Source: a virus
Lineage: Duplodnaviria > Caudoviricetes
Virus record (IMG/VR): IMGVR_UViG_3300028582_000252
Location: 1-64,000 of that record
DNA: 64,000 nt
Reading direction: 5' to 3' (one strand)
Shown: in pieces, positions 16,998-27,154 of the stretch
Layout: each line of letters starts with the position of its first letter
Position numbering within the stretch: position 1 is the first letter of the stretch
Notes under the pieces: generated by a model
The model's input: only the letters and a program-made list of their open reading frames with translations
Database searches by the model: none
What the model was told of the DNA's origin: nothing
Translations under genes and position numbers: made by a program

Positions 16998-18929
16998 TCA
17001 GTCCTCCAGTTCTTCAAGTGTCCCGAATGTCCTGCCCGCCGACGCTTCAGCGGCAAGCGGTATATCGAACTCCGGAAACGGCTGCGGTTCCATGCAGGAC
17101 CTTATGTAGTCCGCAGCTTCATGGAGCCTTTCTTCCGGAATGATAAATGTAAGTTCGTCATGTATCTGCAGTATCGGCCTCAGCCACTGGCGCTCCGGCA
17201 GACCTTTCAGTATCCTGGCAAGCGACAGCTTTAAGATATCCGCCGCCGTCCCCTGGATGGGAGTGTTCATGCTGCAACGCTCTGCAAACGACTTCTTCCC
17301 CCAGTCACCGGATATGATGCCGGGGAGATACCGCCTTCTTCCGAGCCATGTCTCCGAATACATCCTTTTCGCAGCCTCCGCTTTCGTTTCATCCTGCCAT
17401 GTGACAAGTCCGGGATAACCCGCTTTCAGATTCTCTATGATCTCCTCACATTCCCTGACTGATTTATCAACCCCCGCCTTGAACCTTAGTGTCCGCTGCA
17501 GGCCTCGAGGGAACAGGCCGTAGAACGTACCGAAATTCGTATTTTTCGCGATTGTTCTGCGTTCCTTGTAATCCGGAGCATTCTTATCTTTTGCCTGCTC
17601 ATACGGGACCGAGAATATGACGCTCGTCGTCGCGGCATGTATGTCGCCGCCGGACCTGTAAGTATCCATCATGATGCGGTCTCGGCAGTAAAAGGCTCCA
17701 ACTCTAAGCTCTATCTGGCTGTAGTCGCAGCTTATGATGAGATGCCCCTCCGGCGCACTTATGAAATTCCTTACGCCTATTGGATCGTTGCTCTTCCTGG
17801 GCATGTTCTGCAGGTTCGGCCTGCTGCATGAAAATCTCCCGGTATCCGTGCTGAGCGAATAGAAACTGGGATGTATGCAGCCTGTCGCAGGATCAAGATA
17901 TTTGAGGTATCCCGTGATATATGTGCTCGAGATCTTGTTCCATCTGCGGTATTCCTGCACAAGTTCGAAAAGCCTTGAAAGCTCCGGTCGATTCGCGTCG
18001 CACCATTCTTTCAGCTGTATCATTACCGCGTCGTCAGCTGCGGCGCGGCTCGTCATCGTCGTCTTCATAACGGGAAGACGCAGATCCTGGAACAGGTATT
18101 TTTTGAAAGCATTCGTGGAGCAGTTGCTGCCGATGTCGATGCCTCCTATAAGGAAATGTATCTCGCGGCGTATCCTGTCCATCTCGCGCTCCGCCTCTTC
18201 TTTTCGCTCATCCATAAGACCGGTATCGACCGGCACTCCGTTATATTTCATGATCCCAAGGTAGACAGATGTCGGAGATTCTATGTTCTCTACGATCCAC
18301 CTGTGCCTTGGAAGATACCTATCGAACCAGGCATTGAACAGGTAATATAGCTGCAGCGCCTTGTCTGAGTCTTCGCAGCTGTAGCGGATAGTCTCCTGAT
18401 CCTCAGGATCCAGTTCATCGAAAAACCTGCCTGACGTCACATCATTGAACGACGGCATCACGTCATGAAGCAGCTCCTCCGACAGTTTCTTAAGACCAGA
18501 GTCCTGCAGCCTGCGGAAATCAGTACCGGTCTTAAGCGTCATCTGACTTGCGGCGATAGTGTCGTAGACAGGCTCCTGTATCACGATGCCGTATTTATAT
18601 GAGAACATCGACTCAAATGACAGGTTGTGCGCGATTTTTACGATTGACGTATCCGTGAGAAATCCCTCAAGGAACCGCGTGAACTCTTCCCTGCTGATAT
18701 TTATCCCTGTTTTATGCGCGAATGGGATCTCTATGCCGGTCCCTGGTCTTACGCTTATGCTCATCGTGCAGATGTGGCTCTTCGCAGGGTCGAGCGCGGC
18801 TTTGTCGTCATCGCGGTACTCATCGTCTGGCGATGTTTCATAGTCGAATGCTGCGACTTTGGCATTTCCGATATATGCGCGTATCCCGGCTGCCGTCGTC
18901 ACGCATCTATATTCTTTTTTGTTGTCCAT
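16998..18929 (-). CDS. Family A DNA polymerase with 3'-5' exonuclease
   Basis: FDYET, AHN, TGRFSCSRPNLQN, DYSQIELR, R..AK..NFG..YG, IHDEL. Confidence 0.93.
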   Translation of the reverse strand: MDNKKEYRCVTTAAGIRAYIGNAKVAAFDYETSPDDEYRDDDKAALDPAKSHICTMSISVRPGTGIEIPFAHKTGINISREEFTRFLEGFLTDTSIVKIAHNLSFESMFSYKYGIVIQEPVYDTIAASQMTLKTGTDFRRLQDSGLKKLSEELLHDVMPSFNDVTSGRFFDELDPEDQETIRYSCEDSDKALQLYYLFNAWFDRYLPRHRWIVENIESPTSVYLGIMKYNGVPVDTGLMDERKEEAEREMDRIRREIHFLIGGIDIGSNCSTNAFKKYLFQDLRLPVMKTTMTSRAAADDAVMIQLKEWCDANRPELSRLFELVQEYRRWNKISSTYITGYLKYLDPATGCIHPSFYSLSTDTGRFSCSRPNLQNMPRKSNDPIGVRNFISAPEGHLIISCDYSQIELRVGAFYCRDRIMMDTYRSGGDIHAATTSVIFSVPYEQAKDKNAPDYKERRTIAKNTNFGTFYGLFPRGLQRTLRFKAGVDKSVRECEEIIENLKAGYPGLVTWQDETKAEAAKRMYSETWLGRRRYLPGIISGDWGKKSFAERCSMNTPIQGTAADILKLSLARILKGLPERQWLRPILQIHDELTFIIPEERLHEAADYIRSCMEPQPFPEFDIPLAAEASAGRTFGTLEELED

Positions 18930-19003
18930 ATGAAATGATCTCCTTATGCGAAAATCTCCGGGAGAGAGCGCGCCCTCTCCCGAAGTATGTAGTTATTTCT
19001 GTA

Positions 19004-19756
19004 TTACTTAAGAGGTTCGATGATCTCGCCCGTCTCTTCATCCACGAACGATGTCTCCTCGCTTCCTGCAAGCGATGCGAGCGTCAACCCCGCGGCATAG
19101 CTTTTCACCTGATCTACCATACTGCCGACAGCCGCAGTCTCCTGGCTGTCCAGCATCCGTTCGAATGAGAAAGCCGCCTGGGAATACGCGATGCCGGATG
19201 CGCTCGTCGCTTTCTTCAGCGATATGCGTGTCACGATATGCGAAAGCTTCCTGCCCTTGGAGAGCTGACGCTTTACATATTTCGTGAACTCTTTAAGCGA
19301 TCCCGTCGGAAGCGACAGCACCATAGGGAACAGTTCGTTCTCCCTCAGGATGTATATCATGCGGCGGTTTTTGCAGGCTTTGCTCTGCCCTTCACCGCTT
19401 CCGAACCTGTTGTACGGACATGCAGCGCACTTGCCGCCAGGAGTCCCTGTCCCGTTTACTCCGTCAAATGATCCGCAGTCCGGCGGGTTCGATCCTCCGT
19501 TGTATTTTTCCGTATAATACGCGTATGCCGGATGGTGCAGCAGGATTACTCCGCTGATCTCCTTTACCATCTCAGTTTCGTCCCCGTCTCCCGGCACTTC
19601 GAAAGCGGTGCTTCCGCCTGCCGGTATCTTGATGCGGTCGAACGTAAGCTCAAGACCCGCAAGGTCCTCAGCTGTGTTTTCCAGGGCGTCGCTGCCCTTA
19701 AGGGCGGCAAAGCCGCCGGTCTCCATAAGGTCGTTGTTCTTCTTTGTATCTGACAT
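19004..19756 (-). CDS. Conserved phage replication-module protein (possible ssDNA-binding protein)
   Basis: Acidic C-terminal tail, Cys motifs, position next to the polymerase; function inferred. Confidence 0.6.
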   Translation of the reverse strand: MSDTKKNNDLMETGGFAALKGSDALENTAEDLAGLELTFDRIKIPAGGSTAFEVPGDGDETEMVKEISGVILLHHPAYAYYTEKYNGGSNPPDCGSFDGVNGTGTPGGKCAACPYNRFGSGEGQSKACKNRRMIYILRENELFPMVLSLPTGSLKEFTKYVKRQLSKGRKLSHIVTRISLKKATSASGIAYSQAAFSFERMLDSQETAAVGSMVDQVKSYAAGLTLASLAGSEETSFVDEETGEIIEPLK

Positions 19757-19802
19757 CTATGTGTCCTCCTTCTTATCCAAATCAATAATTGTTTTTTGTT
19801 TC

Positions 19803-20210
19803 TCAGCCTTTACGTACGCCGACCGATACTTTCTCGAATACCGAGATCACATCGGACAGCCACGAAGGTACTTCATCGTTGTTCTCCGCTTTCTGCTCCT
19901 TGACGAAACTCGAAAGAGTATTGGCGTTGACAGTTTCCACCACAAGGCTGCCATATCCGTTGTCTTTGAGCGACTGCATGAGTTCGTCTTTTCGGCCTGA
20001 CGCAGGTGATGCGAACAGCCGTGAGTTCAGATAGAACGTGCTGCCGTTCCTGGAAAAACGCTCCACTTCCGACTCAGCCATCGCGTCAGACAGCGCGAGA
20101 TCGAGTTCGCTTATCTCAGCTTCGGCAGCTTTTAGCTGCTCTTTTAGCTCGGATTTGCGGTCTCTTGCATCTTTGAGCCTGTCTGCCATCTCGAAAATTT
20201 CATTGTTCAT
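19803..20210 (-). CDS. Conserved coiled-coil phage protein
   Basis: AGGAGG RBS; ETVNANTLSSFVKE. Confidence 0.7.
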   Translation of the reverse strand: MNNEIFEMADRLKDARDRKSELKEQLKAAEAEISELDLALSDAMAESEVERFSRNGSTFYLNSRLFASPASGRKDELMQSLKDNGYGSLVVETVNANTLSSFVKEQKAENNDEVPSWLSDVISVFEKVSVGVRKG

Positions 20211-20260
20211 TGTGCATCCTCCTTTCAATACCTGCCGAAGAAATCAACCCCTTAGCATCT

Positions 20261-21715
20261 TCAGTCAGTAAAAGGATCCCTGCCCTTCCGGTAATCATCG
20301 ACTAGCATCTTTGCGAGGTCGATCTTTCCCCGAAGAGAACGGAGTATCTTACGGTCGACAGTGCCGGCCGCAATAAGGTATATGTAATGACAGTTTTCTG
20401 TCTGGCTGACCCTGTGTATGCGGGCCTTCGCCTGGTCGAAATTGCTCATGGAATAATCGAGCGAATAGAACACCATCGTGCTTGCCGCAGTCAGTGTTAT
20501 TCCAAGGCCTGCCGCAGCGATCTGTCCTACGAATACGTAACAGTCAGGATCGTTCTGGAAACGGCTTACCTCCCCGGCGCGGTCTTTTACGCCGCCGCGT
20601 ATGCAGGCGTAACCTATCTTCTTTTTCTGCAGCATGGCTTCGATATCATTGAGTTCAGGAATAAAGCGTGCCATGACAACGACTTTCTTGCCTTCTTCCA
20701 TCACGGAATCGATGATGTCCGACAATGCGTCAAGTTTTGCCATGCTGATCTGATGGGTATCCGATTCATCGTCCGTAAGATGCCCGCCTGTGACCTGCGA
20801 CAGACGTAGGATCTTCGTAAGAACATTGACCGCCGTCACCTCGCTGCCTTTGAGCTCGGTGAATGAATCCGCCTCAAGCTCTTCGTATATCTTCATAGTT
20901 TTCGGTTCGAGCTGTACCGTGCGGATCTCCTCCGTTATCTCCGGAAGATCGAGGCACTCGGCTTTTGTCACGCGGTAGGCAATGCTGTGGAGCCTCCGAA
21001 GGAAATCATTTAACATCCATTTTCTGAACCGCGGGATATGATTGCCGTAGCCGACCATATCAAAATATGTGTTTCTGAACGTATAGAACGATGTGCCGAA
21101 GACGCTGCTGTTGAGAAAGCGGTACTGGCTGAAAACATCGAGTTCCTTGTTCGTGATGAGCGTCCCGGTCAGAAGCAGCTTATATGATGCATGGTCGCCA
21201 AGTTTATGCATGACCTTGCTCTGCTTGCTGCTATGCGATTTGATCTTGTGACCTTCGTCGGCGATGATGAGATCGGCGTCGAACTGCAGGAGTTCCTTTT
21301 CCAGGATCCTTGCGGATTCGTAATTAACCACTACTATCTGCAGACCGTCGGAAGACACTTCCTTCAGCATCTTCCTTTTCTTGTCCGAAGTTCCCTGTAA
21401 AATCGTCATCGTATACGGGTACTCGGCGTACTGCTCATATTCTGACTCCCAAACACCCAGGATAGAAAGCGGCGCAACCACCAGGACCTTATTTACAAGG
21501 CCGAACTGATAAAGGATCCCGGCAATGCCGATCGCTGCCAGTGTCTTGCCGCAGCCCATTTCCATAAGAAGCGCCACTCCCCTGCTCCTCGAATCCGACG
21601 GCAGAAGTCCGAACTTCCCGCAGGCGAAATCGAACGCCGCCTGCTGATGACTGTACGGTCGTACCTTGACAGGCATCGGGAGAGATGGATTATCGATCTT
21701 CTTCAATATATCCAC
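20261..21715 (-). CDS. SNF2-family helicase
   Basis: EMGCGKT, DEGH, LTGT, GLGITLTAA, QAKARIHR. Confidence 0.92.
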   Translation of the reverse strand: MDILKKIDNPSLPMPVKVRPYSHQQAAFDFACGKFGLLPSDSRSRGVALLMEMGCGKTLAAIGIAGILYQFGLVNKVLVVAPLSILGVWESEYEQYAEYPYTMTILQGTSDKKRKMLKEVSSDGLQIVVVNYESARILEKELLQFDADLIIADEGHKIKSHSSKQSKVMHKLGDHASYKLLLTGTLITNKELDVFSQYRFLNSSVFGTSFYTFRNTYFDMVGYGNHIPRFRKWMLNDFLRRLHSIAYRVTKAECLDLPEITEEIRTVQLEPKTMKIYEELEADSFTELKGSEVTAVNVLTKILRLSQVTGGHLTDDESDTHQISMAKLDALSDIIDSVMEEGKKVVVMARFIPELNDIEAMLQKKKIGYACIRGGVKDRAGEVSRFQNDPDCYVFVGQIAAAGLGITLTAASTMVFYSLDYSMSNFDQAKARIHRVSQTENCHYIYLIAAGTVDRKILRSLRGKIDLAKMLVDDYRKGRDPFTD

Positions 21716-21911
21716 CTCCGTTTTCCACTTCTTTTACTTCTATCCCGACCACTGTCTTTCCAGGTGTTATCAACATGACTTCAGTCAGTTTTCCAAAAAT
21801 AAGCTCAAGTATCCGGCATGGTATCCTGACCGTCTTACCGCTGACTACCATCTGTCTTCTGCCTTCCGGCCCTGCGATATTGATCTGTACTTTGTGCTGA
21901 ATATTATTCAT
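21690..21911 (-). CDS. Small conserved phage protein
   Basis: GGAGG RBS; ELIFG...VMLITPGKTV..IEVKEV. Confidence 0.65.
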   Translation of the reverse strand: MNNIQHKVQINIAGPEGRRQMVVSGKTVRIPCRILELIFGKLTEVMLITPGKTVVGIEVKEVENGGGYIEEDR

Positions 21912-22044
21912 TTTCGTTGTCCTCCAATCTTTGAACATTTCAGTTTGATATAGAGGAAGGATGTCTTCCTCTGTCCCTTGCCTTAAAAATCAACCCTTAG
22001 CGCTGCCTGGGAGGACTGCGGCAGCCTGGCTGACGCCACATGGC

Positions 22045-22650
22045 TCAGCCTTCCTTCTTCGGATAGTTGTGACGTTTTACCGGTTCGACGCCGAATGCTT
22101 TGTGTGCAACTTTTCTGATGATCTTGTTTTTGCGGTTCAGAACTGACTGAAGACTCTTCTCCTGACCGGTAATAGCGACTTCTTCCTGTCGGATCTCTTC
22201 CAGCTGACGGTTCCTGCCAAAATGGTCGTAGTACAGTTCGCGCTGCGCATCAGTGAGGTCTTCGTCCACGACTTTGCGGATCTTCACCAGGTCAGGATCT
22301 TCTGGCTCCTGTTCATGATCTGGTTCATCTTGAGTATTGGATACTGTGTCCCATGGATCGATGTCATCGCCACATGGATCGGTACTGAAAGTCTTCTGCT
22401 TCTTTTCGAACAGCGGGTCTTTCAGCTCGTTTTCGTAACGGTCGTTAAGATCCATATCGTGATTCAGTTCATCGATAAGGAAAGTCAGTTCTTCCGTGAT
22501 TCCATCCTTACCGATTTCATAACGAAGCGTCACAGGACGATGTGTGTCGACATCTGTGGATTTATAGCAGAGGTATTTACCGTCTGATGATATGTAACAC
22601 TCGCGGTCAGGGTTGTAAGTTGCTTTGTACTTGATTTTATTGTTCTTCAT
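22045..22650 (-). CDS. Sigma-70 region 4-like HTH regulator (first early gene)
   Basis: C-terminal LTDAQRELY..F....LEEI..EE...S.QSV.NR..KI..KV pattern. Confidence 0.6.
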   Translation of the reverse strand: MKNNKIKYKATYNPDRECYISSDGKYLCYKSTDVDTHRPVTLRYEIGKDGITEELTFLIDELNHDMDLNDRYENELKDPLFEKKQKTFSTDPCGDDIDPWDTVSNTQDEPDHEQEPEDPDLVKIRKVVDEDLTDAQRELYYDHFGRNRQLEEIRQEEVAITGQEKSLQSVLNRKNKIIRKVAHKAFGVEPVKRHNYPKKEG

Positions 22651-22654
22651 TGCT

Positions 22655-22845
22655 GCGTCCTTTCCGTCCGTATAGACGGTGAGACACATGAAGAACCTAT
22701 ACAGAAGGTGGCCATAGAATTTCTGCTTCAGTAAAATTGGTACAGAAAACTAACGGTGAGACATCTTCGCTTTGAAAACAACTTTTATGTTGCTTTTCAG
22801 TTCTTGATGTATCTCATCGTCCATGTGGCCACATCGGACATTTTG
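22655..22845 (-). promoter_or_regulatory. Candidate structured 5' leader RNA
   Basis: Nested stems GTGGCCA/TGGCCAC, ACGATGAGA..CATC/GATG.TCTCACCGT and TGAAAA(G)CAAC/GTTGTTTTCA; TGTCTCACCGT occurs twice. Confidence 0.5.
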
Positions 22846-23094
22846 AGATATTTTTTAAGTGGAATTATGCAATGCGATAGCAAGTTCTGAATTTGCAGAA
22901 TTTTGCACCCAGATTATGTATTTTCACTGTCTGCAGTGTTATACTAAATTTAGAAAAAACTTTGCACATTTTCCTACTTGTCTATGACCCTAATGTAGAT
23001 AAGGTTCCTGTCAACTGCTTCAGATATACAAATGAAGTAGCATAAGGTTACTAAGGCGGTATAAGGTTACTATTTCATATAGGAGGATTAAAAT

Positions 23095-23757
23095 ATGGCT
23101 AAATACAGTGTTCCTCACCTTTGCGGCGGCATATTATTCGGTCTTATTCTAGAAGCCCGAAAATCACGCAGCAAAGCACGGAACAAATTAGAAGGTGGTT
23201 CTGATCATTTGACCGCGCAAGACGTATTTTGTGGTCTTATCTATACTGTTACTGGTGACGATATGCCTGCAACTGCGGGAAAATCGATGGCCAAATGTGC
23301 CTCTAATTATAAAAAGTGCGTTGACAGCACTGGTGTCTATGTACCATTCACTGACTCAACTACTCAATCAGCTTTTGATTCTGCCGTCAAGAGAAGCGAT
23401 CCTAAGCTACTTCAAAGAGTCTCGGAGTTCATAACTGCATATCTAAACGGGGAAAAGTTTGAATGGCTTGTTCGCGCCTTGATTGAAACTATGCAAAAAG
23501 ATAAAGCAGTTAATAATGACACCAGTATATCTATTGCCTATGACAAAAAAGTTAATGTCGAAGATTTAAACAGCGTGACTACAGTGATAGCACAACCCTT
23601 TTTTATCAGTGTTTTACATTATGTGATAATGAACTGCCCGGATGCAGAATCTGGAAGATCTACTTTTGAAGCATGGTTTTCTCAGTCGCGTTCAAATGCA
23701 GAATGGAAATTTCACAGTGATATCGGTAGTGGAATACAACCATTAACTATAAACTAA
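23095..23757 (+). CDS. N-terminal LCGG-motif domain of the divergent gene, separated from NACHT by an in-frame TAA
   Basis: AGGAGG RBS; same frame as 23887-25920, with 43 open codons between. Confidence 0.75.
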   Translation: MAKYSVPHLCGGILFGLILEARKSRSKARNKLEGGSDHLTAQDVFCGLIYTVTGDDMPATAGKSMAKCASNYKKCVDSTGVYVPFTDSTTQSAFDSAVKRSDPKLLQRVSEFITAYLNGEKFEWLVRALIETMQKDKAVNNDTSISIAYDKKVNVEDLNSVTTVIAQPFFISVLHYVIMNCPDAESGRSTFEAWFSQSRSNAEWKFHSDIGSGIQPLTIN

Positions 23758-25920
23758 GACTTACCCAAAGAATTATTATCAACTTTTCCACAATCGGAAG
23801 GTACCAAGGTTGCCAATAATACCCAGGATAATGGTAATGCCTCAAAGACCTACCGCCAATTAAGTTTTGATAATTTAACTAAAACAATGCGAATATTTGC
23901 GAAAGGGTTTGAAGCAAGTGAGCATCGAATGGCAAAGGATTTTTTTGAAAACAACGAAATAACAAAATCAACTGCTTCAGAGCAACAAATAATGGATCTT
24001 CATGCTTCCAATCAGTTGGATAATGAAGGAAAGAGCAACGGGCGTGAAGAAACTGATCCGTTCCAAACATTTCTTGACAAGGCTAAAGAGTACTATTCAA
24101 TGAAAAAAACCTTGTTATATGCAGAAAAGCCGCATCCTTTTTATGAAATTTACGTCTGTAATGATTTAACATTTCACAGGACACGATTTGTCGCAACACA
24201 CAATTCTCAACAGCCAATCACCATTACTGATGCTACGGCCGCTCGCCTAAAACAAGAATCGGCTTATTCAATCATTGAAGGAACCGGTGGTATTGGTAAA
24301 TCGATGTTTCTAACTCATCTGTTCTTAAATGCTACAACAGATTATGCATCAACAAACGAATTGCCCGTATTAATTTCTTTGAAGGATTATAATGAAAACA
24401 TTTCAAGTATTGTTGAATTTATTTGGCTGACTATTAAAGCATTTGATCCCGATATTATTCAGAAAGACATAGTCGTTGCCCTTGAAAGTAAACAGCTTAT
24501 TCTTTTGATGGACGGACTTGATGAAATCCAGTCATCTCTAAAAGCCGATTTTGAAACAGATTTAGAAGCGTTTATTAAATCCTATCCAGGCAATGTCGTC
24601 ATAATTACATCTCGTCCAACGAATACGTTCGTTTCATATACGAAGTTTTTACTATATGACATATTGCCTTTAACTAAGCCACAAGCAATTTCTCTTATTG
24701 ATAAATTGGATTTTTGGGATAACGAATCTAAGAATCACTTTTTATCAGCTTTAGATAATCGATTGTTTTTTTCACATGAACAGTTTGCAAGCAATCCCCT
24801 ACTTCTTACCATTATGCTCATGACGTACTCCACTTTTGGAGAGGTTCCTGCTAAAATGCACGTATTTTATTCAAAAGCCTATGAAACAATGGCAAGACTA
24901 CACGATGCATCAAAAGGATCCTTTAAAAGACCATTTCATACTAAATTGACTCCTGAGGAATTTGCAAAGTATTTTTCTGATTTTTGTGCCAGGACATATG
25001 TTGATGAAGTATTTGAATTTAATCAATTCACATTTACATCTTACATGGAAAAGACGCTGAAAGGTCATTCCCAACTTACACCAAGAGATTTTCTTCTCGA
25101 TCTTACTGATAATTTATGTATTATGTATCATGAAGGTGAAAAATATTATTTTATCCACAGATCCTTCCAGGAGTACTTTGCTGCTGTATACTTTGCATCT
25201 GTATATGATGAAAGACTTGTACGGGTAGGAGAGTTTTTTGAAAGTATCCAACATCGTTCATACACAGACCGAACATTTGATATGCTATATGATATGATTC
25301 CAGAGAAGGTCGAAAGATACATCTTTCTTCCATTCCTTAAGCAACTATTTAATGAATGTAAAGCATCAGATAATAATGATGACTATTGGGAATTCTTAGA
25401 AAATCAATATCCTGTTATATACTACGAAGAAGGTAATACTGGTGATATATTTCTCAATAACCCGCAATCTTTCATTTACGAAAAGATTCTTCGCGAAAAC
25501 AGGTTAGCAGCTATGTTGGACCTAGACGAATTATCATGGCCCGAGCAACTTTCTATTCTTCCGAGAAGAAATTGGGTTACTGTTTTCAGTCATTTTATGG
25601 AGACCAGTGCGTACGAAAGGAATCCAGATCCTGAAAATATAGATATTGATGAACTTGAAGACACAGAAATTATCCCTGAGGATGATTTACCTTATCGATA
25701 CATAGACTATTTTGGGGATCCTGATATTGAAGGTTCAACAATCGAAATAGAAATTGATAAATTGAGAAGTAGCCCATCTGAATATGGAGATTTACGTGTA
25801 TTTATGGAAAGTATTCAATTTCCTTTAATGCAAGAATATATCAATATTAATAATTATTATGAAGAGCTTAAATCAAGAGCGCAAAAAGAAATTGATTCAG
25901 AAAAACTGTTTGATGAATGA
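23758..25920 (+). pseudogene. NACHT (STAND) NTPase, 3' part of an interrupted ~941-codon gene
   Basis: GTGGIGKS, LLMDGLDE, IITSR, NPLLL, FIHRSFQEYFAA; no clear RBS before ATG 23887. Confidence 0.75.
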
Positions 25921-25995
25921 AAACACCTAATCACACAAAAAATATCTACATTAATAACATCGTAAAATCAATCAGTGACTACGGAGGTGTACACA

Positions 25996-27141
25996 ATGAA
26001 AATTCTATACTCTGATATCCTTCCATTAGCTTTGGAAAATGACCAGCAAACCATAGCAGACTGTATTTTCAAGCATGCAGCAAAATCTGATCATATTGAA
26101 ATAGCTGTTGGTTATATTTCCAAGGCATCTTTAGATGAGCTTTCTGAAATGGTAGAAAAATACCACATTCAGAACATTACTCTTACTATCGGAATGTATT
26201 ATATAGAAGGCATGCCAGAAAATTCATATCACGCAGCTTTAAAACTTAATAAAACCTGGGGAGATAAAGGAATAGGAGAAATACGCCTGGTCAGAGCTTT
26301 CAAATATCACGGGAAACTATATTGTTTTATCAAAGACGAAATATGCTTTGCCACCATTATTGGTTCCGCTAATATGGGTGTAATCAAACCTGATGCCATC
26401 AGTCGCCGGCAATACGAAATTGCAGCACTAACTGAAGATATTGACAAATGCTCAGAACTATTACAGTTTATTGAAACTTTAAAGGGACCGCGTTGTTCAG
26501 CTAATATTGAAAACATCAGAGATATGCCACTTATACATGAACAAAATATTTCTTTAGATGGAGTTGATTCTGTTAGTCAAATGCCTCCACTCGGCGTAAA
26601 ATTATATTATCAACACCAAACACATACATCTTTTACCCTTCCTCTAAAGGTACCATTATTTGATGAGCGTTTTATAGATGATAGCCGCCATTATACGAAA
26701 TCTAATATTAATGTATGTTATGCTGCACCTAGAAGTAAACGGAAATCACGTGATTGGTATGAAGTTCAATTAACCGTAACAAATAAAATCACACAATTGG
26801 AAGGATATCCTGAAAAGAATGCACCTTTCTTTGTGGTAACGGATGATGGCTATTGGTTTAAAGCACATACCACTAGTGCTGGAAATAAACAATTCAGTGC
26901 AGTAGGTGATGAATTAATTATGGGGCGATGGATCAAGGGACGTTTAGTTGCTGCTGGTCTTGTTGAACCCGTAAATGACAGCCAAAAAGATTCTAATCGC
27001 TTAGGTATGATAACTAAAGAAATGCTCGAAGCATATGGTTGCAATGCAATAGTATTTACCAAAACTGACCAAAAGGCACAAGATGATGATGGCTCTGTCC
27101 TAGATGTATGGACATTAGCCTTTGAAACTGTTACAGAATAG
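25996..27141 (+). CDS. NgoFVII-family PLD restriction endonuclease subunit
   Basis: IAVGY, YHGKLY..IGSAN; C-terminal K.FSA..DELIMGRWIKGRL; GGAGG RBS. Confidence 0.88.
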   Translation: MKILYSDILPLALENDQQTIADCIFKHAAKSDHIEIAVGYISKASLDELSEMVEKYHIQNITLTIGMYYIEGMPENSYHAALKLNKTWGDKGIGEIRLVRAFKYHGKLYCFIKDEICFATIIGSANMGVIKPDAISRRQYEIAALTEDIDKCSELLQFIETLKGPRCSANIENIRDMPLIHEQNISLDGVDSVSQMPPLGVKLYYQHQTHTSFTLPLKVPLFDERFIDDSRHYTKSNINVCYAAPRSKRKSRDWYEVQLTVTNKITQLEGYPEKNAPFFVVTDDGYWFKAHTTSAGNKQFSAVGDELIMGRWIKGRLVAAGLVEPVNDSQKDSNRLGMITKEMLEAYGCNAIVFTKTDQKAQDDDGSVLDVWTLAFETVTE

Positions 27142-27154
27142 GCGGATGATCTAA

